From: Candidatus Poribacteria bacterium
GTDB lineage: Bacteria; Poribacteria; WGA-4E; WGA-3G
Direction of reading: 5' to 3'
Assembly (NCBI GenBank): GCA_965197475.1
Contig: CBDANF010000003.1
Span: 1,888,001 to 1,952,000 of the forward strand
Length of the DNA stretch: 64,000 nucleotides
Made by a program: the position numbers and the translations under genes. The notes beneath the pieces were generated by a model, which was not told the DNA's origin, searched no databases, and worked only from the letters and a program-made list of their open reading frames with translations. Positions 62,261 through 64,000 of the stretch are shown here, one piece after another. Numbering within the stretch: position 1 is the first letter of the stretch; every line of letters begins with the position of its first letter.

Positions 62261-63375
62261 TGAAGTCTTACGATAAGGTAATAGAAAACATTATTGCAGA
62301 CAGTGAAGCGGCAGCACTTAAGCAAGGGACGCTCAACCGCCGCCAATTCCTAAGTCGTATTGGTACTATTGGCGGTGTTGCGCTTAGCGCAGTTCCTGCA
62401 TTCGCGCAAATTGGTGGTGGACGGGTGCTAACCCCTACGACACAAATCGCGGCACTTACACCGGTTGTTGAAGTGATCGGGAAACAAGTTTGGGAAAACG
62501 ATAGACTCAACGAAGATGCTGTTAGCGAGATGGTTGACCGAGCGATGATGAAACTCACTGGTCGAGATACTGCTAAAGAAGCGTGGCGAGACTTTGTACT
62601 GCCGGACCATATTGTCGGCATAAAAATTAACCCGCTTGCCGGTCCAAAGTTAAGCACACACTCCGTGGTCGTCAATAAAATTATTGAGGGTTTATTCAGT
62701 GCGGGCGTTCTCAGAAAACAGATAATTATTTGGGATCGATTTGAGGAACATCTGCTTAATGCCGGCTATCCGATTAAGACAGATGAAGGGGATGTGCGGA
62801 CGCTCGCGTCTGATATGGACGACATCGGCTACGATGATGAAGTGTTCTATGAAACTGAAAAAGATAGTGTTACCAGACGAGAGAATGAAAGCACCCGTTC
62901 TCGATATTCGCGAATTGTCACAGAACAGGTAGATGTGGTTATTAATGTGCCTATCTTGAAACAGCATGATATGGCGGGTGTGAGCGGGTGTTTAAAAAAC
63001 ATGGCTTTCGGCAGTGTGGATAACACGCGGCGATTCCACGGTAAACCGCTTTACTGCAATCCTGCTATTGCCGAAATTTTTGAGCATAAGGTACTGAAAA
63101 AGAAGATCGTTCTAAATATTGTTGATGGATTGGTAGCGTCATTTGATCAAGGACCGACATATCATGCTGAAAGCACGTGGCAATATGGTGGGTTGTTTGT
63201 GAGTGCTGACCCCGTCATTCTTGATACGCTTATCCTTCAAACTGTTAATCAAAAACGCGAAGAATTGGGATTAAGTTCTATGTCAAAATATGCTAACCAC
63301 ATCACCTCAGCAAGCGGTCTCGATTTGGGCAAAAACTCACTTGACCAGGTCAATCTTCAGAAAATTGAGGTATAG
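62260..63375 (+). CDS. Tat-exported DUF362-like protein
   Basis: NRRQFL Tat motif; VGIKIN, INVPILKQH...G...LKN, IVDG, DPV..D. Confidence 0.85.
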   Translation: MKSYDKVIENIIADSEAAALKQGTLNRRQFLSRIGTIGGVALSAVPAFAQIGGGRVLTPTTQIAALTPVVEVIGKQVWENDRLNEDAVSEMVDRAMMKLTGRDTAKEAWRDFVLPDHIVGIKINPLAGPKLSTHSVVVNKIIEGLFSAGVLRKQIIIWDRFEEHLLNAGYPIKTDEGDVRTLASDMDDIGYDDEVFYETEKDSVTRRENESTRSRYSRIVTEQVDVVINVPILKQHDMAGVSGCLKNMAFGSVDNTRRFHGKPLYCNPAIAEIFEHKVLKKKIVLNIVDGLVASFDQGPTYHAESTWQYGGLFVSADPVILDTLILQTVNQKREELGLSSMSKYANHITSASGLDLGKNSLDQVNLQKIEV

Positions 63376-63379
63376 TTTC

Positions 63380-63622
63380 ATGAAACGTAAATACATCTCT
63401 ATGCTTATTCTGTTGAGCGTGCTTCTAATCACAGTTGTATTCTCAGGATGCACCGTGACATTTACTCCTAACGACGCGCTGCAGTTTAACCTCTCGGAAC
63501 CGACGGATAAAGCGGTATCCCTTGTTGCGGAATTTGAATCGGGTGAAGAGGATAACGTTGCTGGTGATGTCACACAGAAGACGGGCAGTGTGTGTGCTGG
63601 CGGGGCATGCATCATCTATTGA
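63380..63622 (+). CDS. Small lipoprotein with a C-terminal CAGGAC motif
   Basis: MKRK, hydrophobic core, FSGC lipobox; starts 4 nt after the upstream stop. Confidence 0.7.
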   Translation: MKRKYISMLILLSVLLITVVFSGCTVTFTPNDALQFNLSEPTDKAVSLVAEFESGEEDNVAGDVTQKTGSVCAGGACIIY

Positions 63623-63630
63623 ATAAGGGT

Positions 63631-63863
63631 TCATTTTCCTTTATTCTTGATCTCTGCTTTTCTCTTAGCAGCGATTTTCTCCCAATCCCATAATAAAACT
63701 GTACCATCATCGCTGCCACTTGCAAGCGTTTTACCATTTCCAAGACGTGCAATTGCCCCTTCAGGTAAACCGACTTGTGTGTTGTCTTGGGCAAAGCTGG
63801 TTGAGAACATCGCTGCTATCAATAGGAACAGGAACGTGATGAAAAAAGTCTATTGGTTCTCAT
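63631..63863 (-). pseudogene. Internally deleted WD40 protein gene
   Basis: Signal peptide frameshifted in a T6 run; LPEGAIARLG joined directly to GKTLASGSDDGTVLLWD. Confidence 0.75.
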
Positions 63864-63866
63864 GCG

Positions 63867-64000
63867 TCAATCTCCTTTTTGAGATGGTTGGCTTTCCTCA
63901 TTGGTATTCTCGTGTTTAAGGTTGCCTTTCTGATCAAACTTGAAGGTGCCCGATCCTACACCCTCAACACGAATCTTGAGAACGCCTCTTCTGTCAACCG
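63867..64000 (-). CDS. 3' end of a hypothetical gene entering from beyond the window
   Basis: Open frame VDRRGVLKIRVEGVGSGTFKFDQKG...KGD*. Confidence 0.45.
   Translation of the reverse strand, partial: VDRRGVLKIRVEGVGSGTFKFDQKGNLKHENTNEESQPSQKGD

Noticed and set aside
63620-63622. TGA stop of the small lipoprotein as selenocysteine
   Set aside because: No SECIS-like hairpin follows, and read-through would run into a convergent gene
1-64000. Genome-wide TGA reassignment (genetic code 4 or 25) as the explanation for the read-throughs
   Set aside because: Long genes are intact under code 11 and TGA terminates ordinary genes (e.g. 36430); the in-frame TGAs fall at redox Cys positions

Overview
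Bacterial genomic window of moderate GC with no rRNA, tRNA or CRISPR array found. The gene content (LamG proteins ending in a 'TTW' motif, LRR/WD40/TPR proteins, Uma2, many Gfo/Idh/MocA genes, GTAGG-type palindromic repeats) suggests Candidatus Poribacteria or a similar sponge symbiont; this assignment is an inference. Housekeeping and metabolic genes include an M16 peptidase pair, uvrB, a class A PBP, a GT9, a PPi-type PFK, a threonine synthase, recD2 and several sugar-catabolism enzymes. The main finding is four selenoprotein genes that the ORF track splits at an in-frame TGA. Three are tandem lipoprotein peroxiredoxin/thioredoxin-fold genes (58859-62260), each with a UxxC motif and the same 7-bp SECIS-like hairpin at the same distance from the UGA. 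They are followed by a Tat-exported DUF362-like gene and a small Cys-tailed lipoprotein. The fourth is a stand-alone PrdB/GrdB-like UxxC gene (28877-29623). The window also holds a nested miniature-element architecture at two loci, other MITEs with target duplications, an IS200/IS605 relic with a structured right end, two restriction-modification-type genes, a duplication mosaic and several pseudogenes.
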